A stretch of DNA of 64,000 nucleotides from Anaeramoeba ignava BMAN (Eukaryota > Protista > Anaeramoebae). Position 1 is the first letter of the stretch. Every line of letters begins with the position of its first letter. The stretch lies in contig JAPDFW010000059.1 in assembly GCA_028826165.1 (NCBI GenBank), positions 558,001 to 622,000 on the forward strand, in the 5' to 3' direction. Made by a program: the position numbers and the translations under genes. A model generated the notes under the pieces. It worked only from the letters and a program-made list of their open reading frames with translations. It ran no database searches and was not told where the DNA came from. Below are positions 27,413 through 40,384 of this stretch, in pieces.

Positions 27413-27473
27413 TTGTGGCCGTATTTCAGAAAAGTTCATAAATTAAAATTTACTTCCCGCAGTAAAACCACAT
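27413..27473 (-). ncRNA. Candidate structured RNA hairpin (unclassified)
   Basis: GC-containing island in an AT-only spacer. The minus strand folds as UGUGGUU/GGCCACA, GGGAAG/CUUUUC and UAAAUU/AAUUUA with an internal loop. G-U pairs work only on the minus strand. Confidence 0.35.
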
Positions 27474-27963
27474 TATTTAAATTTGATTTTATTTAAAATA
27501 AAATTATTTCAAATAAAAAAAAATGAAATTCTTTTTTAAAATTTATTTTTTTTATTTCAATCTAAAAAACTTTTTTTTTTTAAAATTGAATTTAAAATTG
27601 AATTTAAAATTGAATTTAAAATTGAATTTGTTTTTGAATTTAAAATTGAATTTAAAATTGAATTTGTTTTTAAATTTAAAATTGAATTTGTTTTTAAATT
27701 TAAATTTAAAATTGAATTTAAAATTGAATTTGTTTTTAAATTTAAAAATTTAAAATTGAATTTGTTTTTAAATTTAAAATTGAATTTAAAATTGAATTTG
27801 TTTTTAAATTTAAAATTGAATTTAAAATTGAATTTGTTTTTAAATTTGGTTGAAAAAAAAATGAGTAAAAAAGGAAAAAGATTGAAAAAAAAAATTCTAT
27901 TTTTTGGATTGATTTTTTTGAATTGATTGATTTTTTTGGATTGATTTTTTTGGTTTTCATTTT

Positions 27964-30094
27964 TTAAAACATTGTTGGTAAATGTGCTTCAGATCTAGGA
28001 TTTTTTAATTTTTCAAGATTTTTCATAATTAAATCATATAAAACAGCATAATCTTGAGCCATATCTCGATATGTAATTTGAAGATTAAAAATTTGGTCTT
28101 GATCAAGTTCATATAAACTATTGAATTACAAATTAAATTATAAATTAAATTATAAATTGAATTATAAATTAAATTATAAATTAAATTATAAATTAAATTA
28201 TAAATTAAATTATAAATTAAAATATAAATTAAATTATAAATTAAATTATAAATTAAAATATAAATTAAAATATAAATTAAAATATAAATTAGATTATAAA
28301 TTAAATTATAAATTAAATTATAAATTAAAATATAATTGAAATATAATTGAAATATAAATTGAAATATAAATTGAAATTATAAATTAAATTATAAATTAAA
28401 ATATAAATTAAATTATAAATTAAAATATAAATTAAATTATAAATTAAAAAATTATAAATTAAATTAAATTATAAATTAAAATTATAAATTAAATTATAAA
28501 TAAATTAAATAAAATTATAAATTAAAAAATAAATAAAAAAATAAATAAAATTATAAATAAAAAATATAAATAAAATTATAAATAAAAATATAAAATAAAA
28601 TTATAAATAAATTATAAATTAAAAATAAATTAAAATTAAATTATAAATTAAATTATAAATTAAAATTATAAATAAAATTAAAATAAAAATAAATAAAATT
28701 ATAAATAAAATTATAAATTAAATTATAAATTAAATTATAAATAAAATATAAATAAAATTATAAATAAAATTATAAATAAAATTATAAATAAAATTATAAA
28801 TTAAATTATAAATTAAATTATAAATTAAAATATAAATTGAAATATAAATTGAAATATAAATTAAATTATAAATTAAATTATAAATTGAAATATAAATTGA
28901 TTTATAAATTGAAATATAAATTGAAATATAAATTGATTTAGAAATTGATTTAGAAATTGATTTAGAAATTAAATTTATTTTAAAGAAATGGAATTATACC
29001 TTCTTTTATAATCTTCAATTTCTGGGTGTTTTTTCACTTTACATAATAATTTAGCTCGAGTTAAAAAATATTTAGTAACTGTTTCAAAAAGGAAAAGTCC
29101 ATTTTTTTCAACTCGGCTAATTTCACTAAGAACTTCTTCTTGAACTCCAACTCCAAAATTATTTCCATCTGATATTTTCGGAATATTTAACTGAATATAT
29201 TGCTTTACAATTCCTAACATTTCAGTCATATCTAATGCTTCTTTTTTGAGTATTTGATAAGCACTTAAAACTTCCTAAAAATTTTAAATTTTAATTTTAA
29301 TTTTAATTTTAAATTTAATTTTAAATTTGACTTTAATTTTAATTTTAATTTTAATTTTAATTTTAATTTTAATTTTAATTTTAATTTTAATTTTAATTTT
29401 AATTTTGATTTTAATTTTAATTTTGACTTTAATTTTAATTTTAATTTTGATTTTAATTTTAATTTCAATTTTAATTTTAATTTTAATTTTAAATTTTAAT
29501 GTTAATTTTAATTTTAATTTTAATTTGAATTTAAATTTTAATTTTAATTTTAATTTTTAAATTTTAATTTTAATTTTAAATTTTAATTTTAATTTTAATT
29601 TTAATTTTAAATTTTAATTTTAATTTTAATTTTAATTTTAATTTTAATTTTAATTTTAATTTTAATTTTAATTTTAATTTTAATTTTAATTTTAATTTTA
29701 ATTTTTAATTTTAATTTTAATTTTAATTTTAATTTTAATTTTAATTTTAATTTTAATTTTAATTTTAATTTTGATTTTAATTTCAATTTCAATTTTAATT
29801 TTAAATTTATCAAAATCTATATACTGAATTGCATTGCTGATCTTCTTCTATTAATGATTCTTTTTTTCTTTTTTTTTGATTGTCTTTTTGTTTTGTTTCT
29901 GTTTGCTTTAAATATTTTTCAACTTCTTCTTTCCAATGTAAATCTTTTTGACTTGATTTATAATTTGGATACATTTTCTCATTACTTGTAAGTTCGATAA
30001 TTTTATTTGGAATTTTCTCATGAATAATTTCAAAAGCTTCTTTTTTAGTATTTCTGAATAATTTTTGAACTTTAGAATCAAGTTGAATATCCAT
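27964..30094 (-). CDS. PSME3: Proteasome activator PA28/11S (PA28gamma-like)
   Basis: Exons 30094-29825, 29274-29000 and 28117-27964. IQLNIPKISDGNNFGVGVQEE activation loop, KHPEIEDY, and C-terminal LYDLIMKNLEKLKNPRSEAHLPTMF. Confidence 0.9.
28121..28960. repeat. 12-bp (ATAAATTAAATT-like) minisatellite filling PA28 intron 2
   Basis: Direct tandem degenerate repeat within intron 28118-28999. Confidence 0.9.
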
Positions 30095-30354
30095 TTTAAA
30101 ATGAAAAAAATGAAAAAATGAAAAAAATGAAAAAAAATTTTTTTGTTTTTTTTTTTTTAATTTTTTTTAATTTCATTTTTTTCTTTTCTTGTTCACAAAA
30201 AAAAAAATTAAAAAACAAATTAAAAAAAATTTTTTTTTTGTTAAATTCCAAATCCTTTTCAATTTTATTCTTTCTTCCTTTATTCCTTTCATTTTTTTAT
30301 ATAAAAATAAACACAAAAAAGAAATTATCTTTCAATTTCAAAAAAATAAATTAA

Positions 30355-31307
30355 ATGAACAAGAAAATAAATCAAAATCAAAACGAAAATCAAAATAAAA
30401 GTCAAAACGAAAATCAATTTCAAAATCAATTTCAAAATCAAATTGAAAATCAAATTGAAAATCAAAATCAAAATCAAAATCAAAATCAAAATAAAAATAA
30501 AAATAAAAATCAAAAGAAAAATCAAAATCAAAAGCCATCACAAAATCAAATTAAAGATCTTGCTCGATTTGAAATTTATGTTCGCAAAAGATTACAAATG
30601 AAAATAAAAAGAAGAAACACATTTTTAATTTTGCTTACTTTAATTTTCTTAATAAATATTTATTGCTTATGGTTTATTAAAGCAAAATGTTCCAAAGTAA
30701 TTTAATTTGCAAATTAAAAATTTTTCTAAAAAAATTTTTTTCTTCTTTTTTCTTTTTTCTTTTTTGGTTTTTTTTTTTTAATCATTTAGCATTGGATTTT
30801 ATGTCCATTTCATTTAATTATTTTTGCTTCTTTTTCATCGATCTTAATTTATCTCATTTTAACTGGGAAATTAAAACGGAAAATTAAATCGGGTCAAATG
30901 TAGAAATTTATAATTAAATTTAAAACAAAATTTAAAACAAAATTTAAAACAAAATTTAAAACAAAATTTAAAACAAAATTTATAACAAAATTTATAACAA
31001 AATTTATAATTAAATTTATAATTAAATTTATAACGAAATTTATAACAAAATTTATATCAAAATTTATAATTAAATTTATAACAAAATTAAATTAAATTAA
31101 ATTAAATTAAATTAAATTAAATTTATAACAAAATTAAATCAAATCAAATTAAATTAAATTTATATCAAATTTATATCAAAATTTATAATTATTTTTTTGT
31201 TTTTATAATTTAGTTATATTCATAGAATTAATCAAGTTTTGCGGAATTTAAATATTTTTTATATTGAAAAGCGTGGAAAACTTGCTCGTTTACCTCGTCG
31301 TGATTAA
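30355..31307 (+). CDS. Putative CNEP1R1/TMEM188 (Spo7-like) nuclear-envelope phosphatase regulatory subunit
   Basis: Three exons. DLARFEIYVRKRL (cf. DLKAFERRL), two hydrophobic TM segments, and C-terminal YIHRINQVLRNLNIFYIEKRGKLARLPRRD (cf. [22 protein letters not shown]). Confidence 0.55.
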
Positions 31308-31548
31308 ATATTTATGTGCAAAAGAGAATTAAATTAATCAAAAATTATAATCAAAATGAGGAAAAAAAATAGAAATGATTTTTTTTTTGAACTTTTTAAT
31401 CCAAAATTTTTTAACCATTTTAACAATTAATTTTGTGAATATAATTTTTTTATTTTTTAATTTTTTTTTGTGGAAAGAAAAATCAAGTAAAAAATTAATT
31501 ATAAAGATATTTTTAAAATCCCATTTTTTTTTTTAAATTTTTGATTTT

Positions 31549-31940
31549 TTAATTTAATAAAGCATTTTTTAATGCAACTAAATTTTCATTAATTGGTTCT
31601 TCAAAATCTAATTTTCTATTTCCATTTGGATATTCAGTTTCATCAAATTCACCAGGTTTACAACATTGAAGAGTCATTCTAAGTCGATGAAACTATTTTA
31701 TTTTAGAAAGAAAAATTTGATTAAAAAATTTTTGACGTTTTTTATTTATAAAAAGAATTGATTAATTTTTACAATTTTTGAATAAAGTTTATCACAAATC
31801 CAATTAAATTTTTCTATTTTTATAACTAAAGATTGTTTTGCGTTTGTATTTTCAAAATTTGATTCACAAGTTTCAATACAATCTTTAAAAATTTCTGTAA
31901 CAATTTTTTTAACTTCTTGTATATCAGTTCTAATATCCAT
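31549..31940 (-). CDS. Small hypothetical helical protein (weak resemblance to MED29/Med2)
   Basis: Two exons (intron about 31693-31772) join in frame. IEKFNWICDKLYSKI resembles MED29 LEEFYALCDQLE. Confidence 0.35.
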
Positions 31941-32062
31941 TTATAAATTATTTTTTATTAAAAAAGAAAAATGAAAAAAATGATTTCTAATTTGCAAAAA
32001 AAAATTTATTTTTAAAAAAACAAAAATTAAAAAAAAAGAAGAAAACAATTTTTTATCAACAT

Positions 32063-33450
32063 TTGAAATATAAATTGAATTATAAATTAAAATATAAATT
32101 GAAATATAAATTGAATTATAAATTGGAATATAAATTGAAATATAAATAGAATTATAAATTGAAATATAAATTGAATTATAAATTGAATTATAAATTGAAA
32201 TATAAATTGAAATATAAATTGAAATATAAATTAAATATAAATATAAATATAAATATAAATATAAATAAAATATAAATAGAATTATAAATTGGAATATAAA
32301 TTGAATTATAAATTAGAAATATAAATTGAAATATAAATTGAAATATAAATTAAAATATAAATTGAAATATAAATTGGAATATAAATTGGAATATAAATTG
32401 AAATATAAATTGAAATATAAATAGAAATATAAATTGAAATATAAATTGGAATAGAATTATAATTATAAATTGGAATATAAATTGAATTATGAATTGGAAT
32501 ATAAATATAAATTGAATTATAAATTGAAATATAATTATAAATATAAATTGATTTATAAATTGAAATATGAATTGAAATATAAATTGAAATATGAATTGAA
32601 ATATAAATTGAATTATAAATTGGAATATAAATTGAATTATAAATTGAAATATAAATTGAATATAAATTGAATTATAAATTAAAATATAAATTGAAATATA
32701 AATTGAAATAGAAATTGAAATATAAATTGAATTATAAATTGAAATATAAATTGAAATATAAATTGAAATATAAATTGAAATATAAATTAAAATATAAATT
32801 GGAATATGAATTGAAATATAAATTCAAATTATAAATTGGAATATAAATTGGAATATAATTATAAATATAATTAGAATTATAAATTGAAATATAAATTGAA
32901 TTATAAATTGAATTATAAATTGAAATATAAATTAAAATATAAATTGAAATATAAATATAAATATAAATATAAATTGAAATATAAATATAAATATAAATTG
33001 GAATATAAATTAAATTATAAATTGGAATATAAATTGAAATATAAATTGGAATATAAATTGGAATATAAATTAAAATAAATATAAATTGAAATATAAATTG
33101 AAATATAAATTGAAATATAAATTGAAATATAATATAAAATATATAGAATTATAAAAATTATAAATTGAATTATAAATTGAAATATAAATTGAAATATAAA
33201 TTGAAATATAAATTGAATTATAAATTGGAATATAAATTGGAATATAAATTGGAATATAAATTGAAATATAAATTGGAATATAAATTGGAATATAAATTGG
33301 AATATAAATTTAAATATAAATTGAAATATAAATTGAATTATAAATTGAATTATAAATATAATTATAAATTGAAATATAAATTGAAATATAAATTGAAATA
33401 TAATTATAAATTGAATTATAAATTGGAATATAGATTGAAATATAAATTTA
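32063..33450. repeat. 12-bp (TATAAATTGAAA-like) minisatellite, about 1.4 kb, intergenic
   Basis: Direct tandem degenerate repeat. It produces spurious YKLKYKLE ORFs. Confidence 0.92.
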
Positions 33451-33465
33451 TAAATAGATTTATAT

Positions 33466-34824
33466 TTAGTTGTGATTGTTATTATTTTGATCATCATTTT
33501 TGTTCTTTTCATCAGATAAATTACTTAAATTTTCTTTTTCTTTTTCTTTTTCTTTTTCATCTTCATCTAATTTTAAATTTTGATTATTAATTACAATATC
33601 CTTTCCAAATCTTAAATTTGATTTAGAAGAAGTAGATTCTATTTTTTGAGATTGAGTTAAATCAAATGAATCAGAAGAAAAAAACTTTGAAGGAGAAGAA
33701 ATTTTTTCATTCAATTCAAAATGAAATCTTTTGAAAAAAGAAGGGGAAGTAATTGGCCTTTTTGAATCCAAATTCTTTTCAATGAACTTGAGTTCCAAAT
33801 CAAGAGATTCAAGAGATAAATTATGGGAAAAGTGAGAAAGAAGTTGGTGATAATATTTGGAATTTTGAGAATGATCAGAATAATTTTGGGAAGTATTCAA
33901 GGATTCAAAATCAGGAAAACAGAAAAACGGTTTTTTTTCGGGTGATAAATAATCATGATTAGAATTGAATTTTTTGAGTTCTTCATGATCGTCAAAAAAA
34001 CGGCGATCGATTTCATCACCAGATTCGATATGATCAAAAGGAGAAGAATAAAAGTCGTTGATGTCATCAATAATACTTGAATCATTATCATAATCATCAT
34101 CATCATTATCATCATCGTCATCATCATCTTCATCATCCTCAATATTTTGATCCTGTTCAATTTCTCTTTCGTCATGTTGCTTTTTTTCGTTTTCTTTTTG
34201 TTCGAGATCTTTTTGGATTTCCGTTAAAATTTTTTCACTCAAAACAATACGGATTGTTGGGTGATTTTTAATAAATTTGCCAGTCCAAAGCCAAGAAGGG
34301 ATTGAATTAGGGATTTGAATTTTGCTCCGAAATTCCTCGACAAATTGCTTTTCGTCAGTGCTTTCTCCACCTCTTTTGGAGTATCTACGGAACTCAAAAA
34401 AAATAGAGGAAGAGCTCCAGTTTTGTAGTTTGCGCAAACACATTATAATTAATCCGGTGTTGTTGATCCCGTTTAAACAATGAATATAAATTGGAAAGTT
34501 TTTTGGATCGATTAAATACTCCAGATTTTTTGCTACTTGTCTTGATGAAAAGACTACTGATTCGTCATATTTTGGTGTTTCTACAAAAATGCTAGTGATT
34601 TTTTGTTGTTTGCAAAATTCCGTTAATTCTTTTGTTGGTTCTTTTGGTGTTAATGATAATATTGTTTTTAGTCGTAATCTTTTTAGAAACCGAAAGTTGT
34701 TTGGTGTTGGATATGCTCCTCTATATACTCCTTCTTCCACTATTGCAAATCGAAATGGTGGAATTAATAAGTGAAATTTGTTGTCTTTTGGTTGATGTGA
34801 TTCTTGTAAGTTTTTGTCTGTCAT
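33466..34824 (-). CDS. OCA6/SIW14-family (PFA-DSP) phosphatase-like protein
   Basis: LIPPFRFAIVEEGVYRGAYPTPNNFRFLKRLRLKTILSL, PIYIHCLNGINNTGLIIMCLRKLQNW, EFRRY, IPSWLW. Confidence 0.85.
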   Translation of the reverse strand: MTDKNLQESHQPKDNKFHLLIPPFRFAIVEEGVYRGAYPTPNNFRFLKRLRLKTILSLTPKEPTKELTEFCKQQKITSIFVETPKYDESVVFSSRQVAKNLEYLIDPKNFPIYIHCLNGINNTGLIIMCLRKLQNWSSSSIFFEFRRYSKRGGESTDEKQFVEEFRSKIQIPNSIPSWLWTGKFIKNHPTIRIVLSEKILTEIQKDLEQKENEKKQHDEREIEQDQNIEDDEDDDDDDDNDDDDYDNDSSIIDDINDFYSSPFDHIESGDEIDRRFFDDHEELKKFNSNHDYLSPEKKPFFCFPDFESLNTSQNYSDHSQNSKYYHQLLSHFSHNLSLESLDLELKFIEKNLDSKRPITSPSFFKRFHFELNEKISSPSKFFSSDSFDLTQSQKIESTSSKSNLRFGKDIVINNQNLKLDEDEKEKEKEKENLSNLSDEKNKNDDQNNNNHN

Positions 34825-34919
34825 TTTATTTTTATTTTTGTTTTTGAAAAAATGAAAAATTGTTTTTTTATTTTTTTTTCATTTTTTTCTTTCATTTTTT
34901 TTTTTTGAAGATAAAAGAT

Positions 34920-37900
34920 ATGTCAAGAACACAAGGTTTTTTTTCAAAATAAATACAAATAAACACAAATAAAAACATAAACATAAATAAAAACACAAAC
35001 AAAAACACAAACAAAAACATAAACAAAAACAAAACACAAATAAAAATAAATAAAAACACAAATAAACACAAATAAAAACATAAATACAAATAAACACAAA
35101 TAAAAACACAAATAAATACAAATAAAAACACAAATAAAAACAAAAACACAAATAAATAAAAACAAAAACATAAAAATAAACACAAACAAAAACAAAAATA
35201 TAAAAACATAAATAAATACAAAAATAAAAACAAAAATAAACATAAACATAAACATAAACAAAAACATAAACAAAAATAAAAACATAAATAAAAACATAAA
35301 TAAAAACATAAACATAAACACAAATAAATACAAAAAAACATAAATAAAAACACAAAAATAAAATTCATTATTTTTTATTTTATTTTAGCCGAAATCCAAG
35401 AAATTGAATTCAGTTTGAGACAACCAAAAGAAATCAAAAGAAAACCAGCAATTAAACATGTTATTTCCTTAATGACAGCTGGAAGAGATGTTTCAGCTTT
35501 GTTTTCACCACTTCTTTCATGTTTAAATACTAAAGACATTGAAATCAAGAAGTTAATTTATCTTTACTTAATGCATTATGCAAAATCTAAACCTTCTTTA
35601 GTTGAACAAGCTTTACAATTTATAGTTGTTGTAAATAATTAAAATTAAAATTCAAATTAAAATTAAAATTAAAATTAAAATTAAAATTAAATTTAAAATT
35701 AAAATTAAAATTAAATTAAAATTAAAATTAAAAATTAAAATTTAAAATTAAAATTAATATTAAAATCAAAATTAAAATTAAAATTAAAATTAAAATTAAA
35801 ATCAAAAATTAAAATTAAAATTAAAATTCCAAATTAAAATTAAAATTAAAATTAAAATTTAAAATTAAAATTAAAATTAAAATTAAAAATCAAAATTAAA
35901 ATTAAAATTAAAATTAAAATTAAAATTAAAATTAAAATTAAAATTAAAATTCAAATTAAAATTAAAATTAAAATTAAAATTAAAATTAAAATTAAAATTA
36001 AAATTAAAATTAAAATTCCAAATTAAAATTAAAATTAATATTAAAATTAAAATTAAAATTAAAATTAAAATTAAAATTAAAATTAAAATTAAAATCAAAA
36101 ATAAAATCAAAATTAGAATTAAAATTAAAATTAAAATTAATATTAAAATTCCAAATTAAAATTAAATTTAAAATCAAAATTAAAATTAAAATTAAAATTA
36201 TATAGGATGTTAATGATCAAAATCCTTTGGTTAGAGCTCTTGCTTTAAGAACAATGGCAAGTATTCGAGTTGAAAAATTTACAACTTTTTTGATAGAACC
36301 ATTAAAAGAAGGACTTAAAGTAATTTATTTTTTATTCCTAAAAAAAATAATTTATATTCAAACAAAAAAAAAAAACAAAAAACAAAAAACAAAAAACAAA
36401 AAATAAAAAACAAAAAACAAATAGGATAAAGATCCTTATGTAAGAAAAACAGCAGTTCTTGCTGTTGCTAAACTATTTGATATAAATCCTGAACTTGTCA
36501 AAAAGCATGGATTTGTTGATCGTTTAACAAAGTTACTTTCAGATTCAAATTCTATGGTAGTTTCTAATACTGTTGCAACTTTAATGGAAATTAGTAATGC
36601 AAGTCCAGAACCAGTTTTTCAAGTTACAAAAGAAAACGAGAAATATATAACATCAGCAATTAATGAATCAACAGAGTAATTTATAAAAATTAAAATTAAA
36701 TAAAATTAAATAAAATTAAAATTAAAATTAAAATTAAAATTAAAATAAAAATGAAAATTAAAATTAAAATTAAAATTAAAATTAAATTAAAATTAAAATT
36801 AAAATTAAAATTAAAATTAAAATTAAAATTAAAATTAAAATTAAAATTAAAATTAAAATTAAAATTAAAATTAAAATTAAAATTAAAATTAAAATTAAAA
36901 TTAAAATTAAAATTAAAATTAAAATTATTCAGATGGGGCCAAGTCTTCCTCTTGGAAAGCTTGATGGAATACCAACCTCCATCACCAAAAGAAGCTGAGA
37001 AAATCATTGATCGAGTAGTTCCTCGGTTATCACATAAAAACTCTGCAGTTGTATTGTCATCAGTGCGTTTAATCTTAAAAATGTTCACATTTATCGAAGA
37101 AAAAGAAATCATTCTTCAATTTGCAAGAAAAATGGCACCATCTTTAGTCAGTTTAATGGACAACAATCCCGAAGTTCAATATGTCGCACTTCGAAATATC
37201 AATTTATTTGTTCAACGATTCCCAAAACTATTAATCAAAGATGCAAAAGTATTTTTCTGCAAATACAAAGATCCAGTTTATATCAAAATGGAGAAAGTTG
37301 ATATTCTTGTGATGCTTGCAACGAATTCAAACATCAACGAATTACTGATTGAATTTACAGAATACGCAAAAGAAGTGGATGTTGATTTTGTGCGTAAATC
37401 AGTCAATGCAATTGGGAAATGTGCAATCAAACTTTCCAAAGCAGCACAAGCGTGTGTGAAAGTATTGATAGAATTAGTGAAGACAAAAATCAATTACATT
37501 GTTCAAGAAGTTATTATTGTTGTTCGGGATATTTTCCGAAGATACCCAAATCAATACGAGAGTATCATTGGAGTTTTATGCGAGAATTTACAAAGTTTGG
37601 ATCAACCCGAAGCAAAGGCTTCCATGGTTTGGATCATTGGAGAATATTCAGATCGAATTGACAATGCCGATGAGCTTTTGAAGGCTTTTCTGTTTAATTT
37701 CCATGAAGAAGATCCAGAAGTGCAACTTCAATTATTGACATCCTCAGTGAAATTATTTCTTTCAAAACCAGACGAAGGACAAGAAATTCTAGAGCAAGTT
37801 TTATCAACAGCAACAAACGAATCGGACAATCCCGATCTGCGTGACAGAGCTTTTATGTACTTTCGGCTCGTGGATGCTGGTTTTGAAGAAGCAAACAATA

Positions 37901-39253
37901 TCATTTTAGGAGAAAAACCCTTAATTGATACTATTTCTTTCAAATACGATTCCAAATTGCTCGGTAAACTTTTATCCCAAATCTCAACGCTTTCTAGTGT
38001 GTTCCATAAATTGCCTGAAACTTTTATTAGTGGTGCTAAGGTTTTTGCCCAAGAGGATGATGATAATTCTAATGATGAAGATGATGGTGGAATTTTGCAA
38101 GTTCAAGAAAAAGAAAAAGAAAAGAAAATTGAAAGAGAAAAAAAGAATGAAATGGAAACTCAACAAATTGGTCAGTTGATTAATTTTGCAGATAGTCAAC
38201 CACCACCTATAGTGAAAACTAAATCCATTCCTCAACAACGGAATGATTCTCCTGATCAAGAAATGTTTGAAATGGAGATAGCACAACGAAATGATGTAGA
38301 TACTAAATTTATAACAAATTTGGGATGATAAAATATTTAATTTAATATTTAATTTAATATTTAATATTTAATATTTATTTTGAATATTTAATTTATTTTA
38401 ATATTTTATATTTATATTTAATTTAATATTTAATTTAATATTTTAATATTTAATTTAATATTTTATATTTATTTTAATATTTAATATTTAATTTATTTTA
38501 ATATTTAATATTTAATTTATTTTAATATTTAATTATTAATTGATATAAAAGGAAGTAATTGTTGATAAAGAAGAAATCATTGATGAAGAACGGGGAAAAG
38601 GAATGATAGTAAGCGCAGCATTTCGGCGACGAGAGCAACAAATCTACTTTGATCTTACAATCAGCAATCGAACATCATATCCATTTGGGAAGCTTGCAAT
38701 GGTATTCAACAAGAATTTATTTGGGATGAAACCAAATGCTCAAGTACCGATCACTGGAATCATGCCCGGACAAACAACAGAATGCAGCGTTGTCTGCCCA
38801 ATTATTCAGTCGCATAAATTACCCGCAAATGAAGCTACACTTGAAGTTCAAATTGCAATTAAGAATTTCGAAGTATTTTATACTCAATGCACTTCGCCAA
38901 TGAATATTTTCTTCACAGAAGACGGAAAAATTGAAAAAAGAAACTTTTTAAATCATTGGAAAGCAATTAGTGATGATGATGAACGAATCAAGGAAATCCA
39001 AGGTTTATCTGAAACTAATCCCGATATTTTGAAAATGAAACTTGCAAACTTGAATATCTTCTTTATTGCCAAAAGACAAGAAGGTTCTATTGATATTCTT
39101 TATTTCTCTCTTAAACTTGTTAATTCCGTTATTTTCTTGATAGAATTGAGTATTGACCAGGAAAATCAATCTTGTCAATTGGCAACTCGTTCTCAAGATA
39201 CTTCTTTGATTCCTCTTTTTGAAGAATTTATGGAGAGATTTTTAACAGATTAA
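34920..39253 (+). CDS. AP-1/AP-2 complex beta subunit (beta-adaptin)
   Basis: Exons 34920-34935, 35389-35630, 36206-36319, 36425-36675, 36933-38295 and 38552-39253. VISLMTAGRDVS, KKLIYLYLMHYAK, NPLVRALALRTM, WGQVFLL, EYAKEVDVDFVRKSV, DNPDLRDRA, plus the appendage domain. Confidence 0.93.
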
Positions 39254-39459
39254 ATTTTTTCTTTTTAAAAACTAAATTCAAATTTTTTTCTTCTTTTTTC
39301 TTTTTTTTTTTCTTTTCTTTTCCAAAATTAAGACAGAATCGATTAGAACCGATTAATTAATTTACTTTTTTTCTTCTCAAATAAAAAAAAAGCAAAAACA
39401 AAATTTTATTTTTCATTTCATTTTTCATTTTATTTTTCATTTTATTTTTATTTTAAGAA

Positions 39460-40337
39460 ATGTTCCAAAATACAGAACTTTGTAATTGATATTCTCTTTT
39501 TTTTTTTTAAAAAATTAAAAATTTAAAATTTAAAAATTATGTTAGATTTACAACAGCAGAAAAGAGAGCAATCAATAGGAAATAAATCTGTTTCATATTG
39601 TATGACAATAATTTGTATTGGAGCTTTTATTGGTCCATCACTTGGAGTTGCTTATAAAGATAAAGATATTGTAAAATTAAAAAATTAAAAAATTAAAAAA
39701 ATTCCAAATTAAAAAATTAAAAAAATTCCAAATTAAAAAATTAAAAAATTAAAAGGGATGTTCAAAACCTCTTTGGAATTGGATTTTGGTTTGCAATATT
39801 GTTTTTGCAGTTTCTCTTTTCTCTTCTATTATTATTCCTAATAGTTGGGCGAAATTTAAAATTGGATTTCAAATTATTTCAAATTTATTCCTTTTAGCTT
39901 GGTCAATAATTGGAATAGTTTGGGCAACAAAATGTGTAAAAAAATTAATTTAAAATTTTTAAATATCAAATAAAATTTTGTTCCACTTTTTTTTGGAATT
40001 AATTTAATTTGAATCGATAAATATTTTAAATAGAAAGATGAATGTGGAAAATTATATGAAGTTGCTTTGGGAGATTCAATTACAGTGCTTGTTTTAATGT
40101 CTCTTACTTTTTTTGTTATTTGTTGCTGTGTTGTTTGTTGCTTGCCACTTATAAATGATATCAATGCTATTGGAGATAATTCTTCTGAGGGTTTTATGAG
40201 GTAAAAAATAAAGAAAAACACAAATTTCAATTTTGGAATTTTTAAGAATTTTTATTTTTATTTTTATTTTTATTTTTATTTAAAAAAGTTTACTTTTTTT
40301 AGCGATCTTTTTTGGATTAATGGCTGGGAACAATTAA
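39460..40337 (+). CDS. Small four-TM membrane protein (TMEM272-like, or the TM module of RING ligases without the RING)
   Basis: Five short exons joined by GT-AG introns give GCSKPLWNWILV, FLLAWSIIGIVWATK, ECGKLYEVA and CCCVVCCLPL. The 3' end is uncertain. Confidence 0.5.
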
Positions 40338-40384
40338 GTAGAAAAAAAGAAAATGGATTTGAATTTATTTTCAAAAAGGAAAAT

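Noticed and set aside
27413-27473. SECIS element or spliceosomal snRNA
   Set aside because: AUGA is not positioned for the 5' quartet with an apical AA, the upstream PA28 has no in-frame UGA, and I see no match to conserved U1, U2, U4, U5 or U6 motifs.
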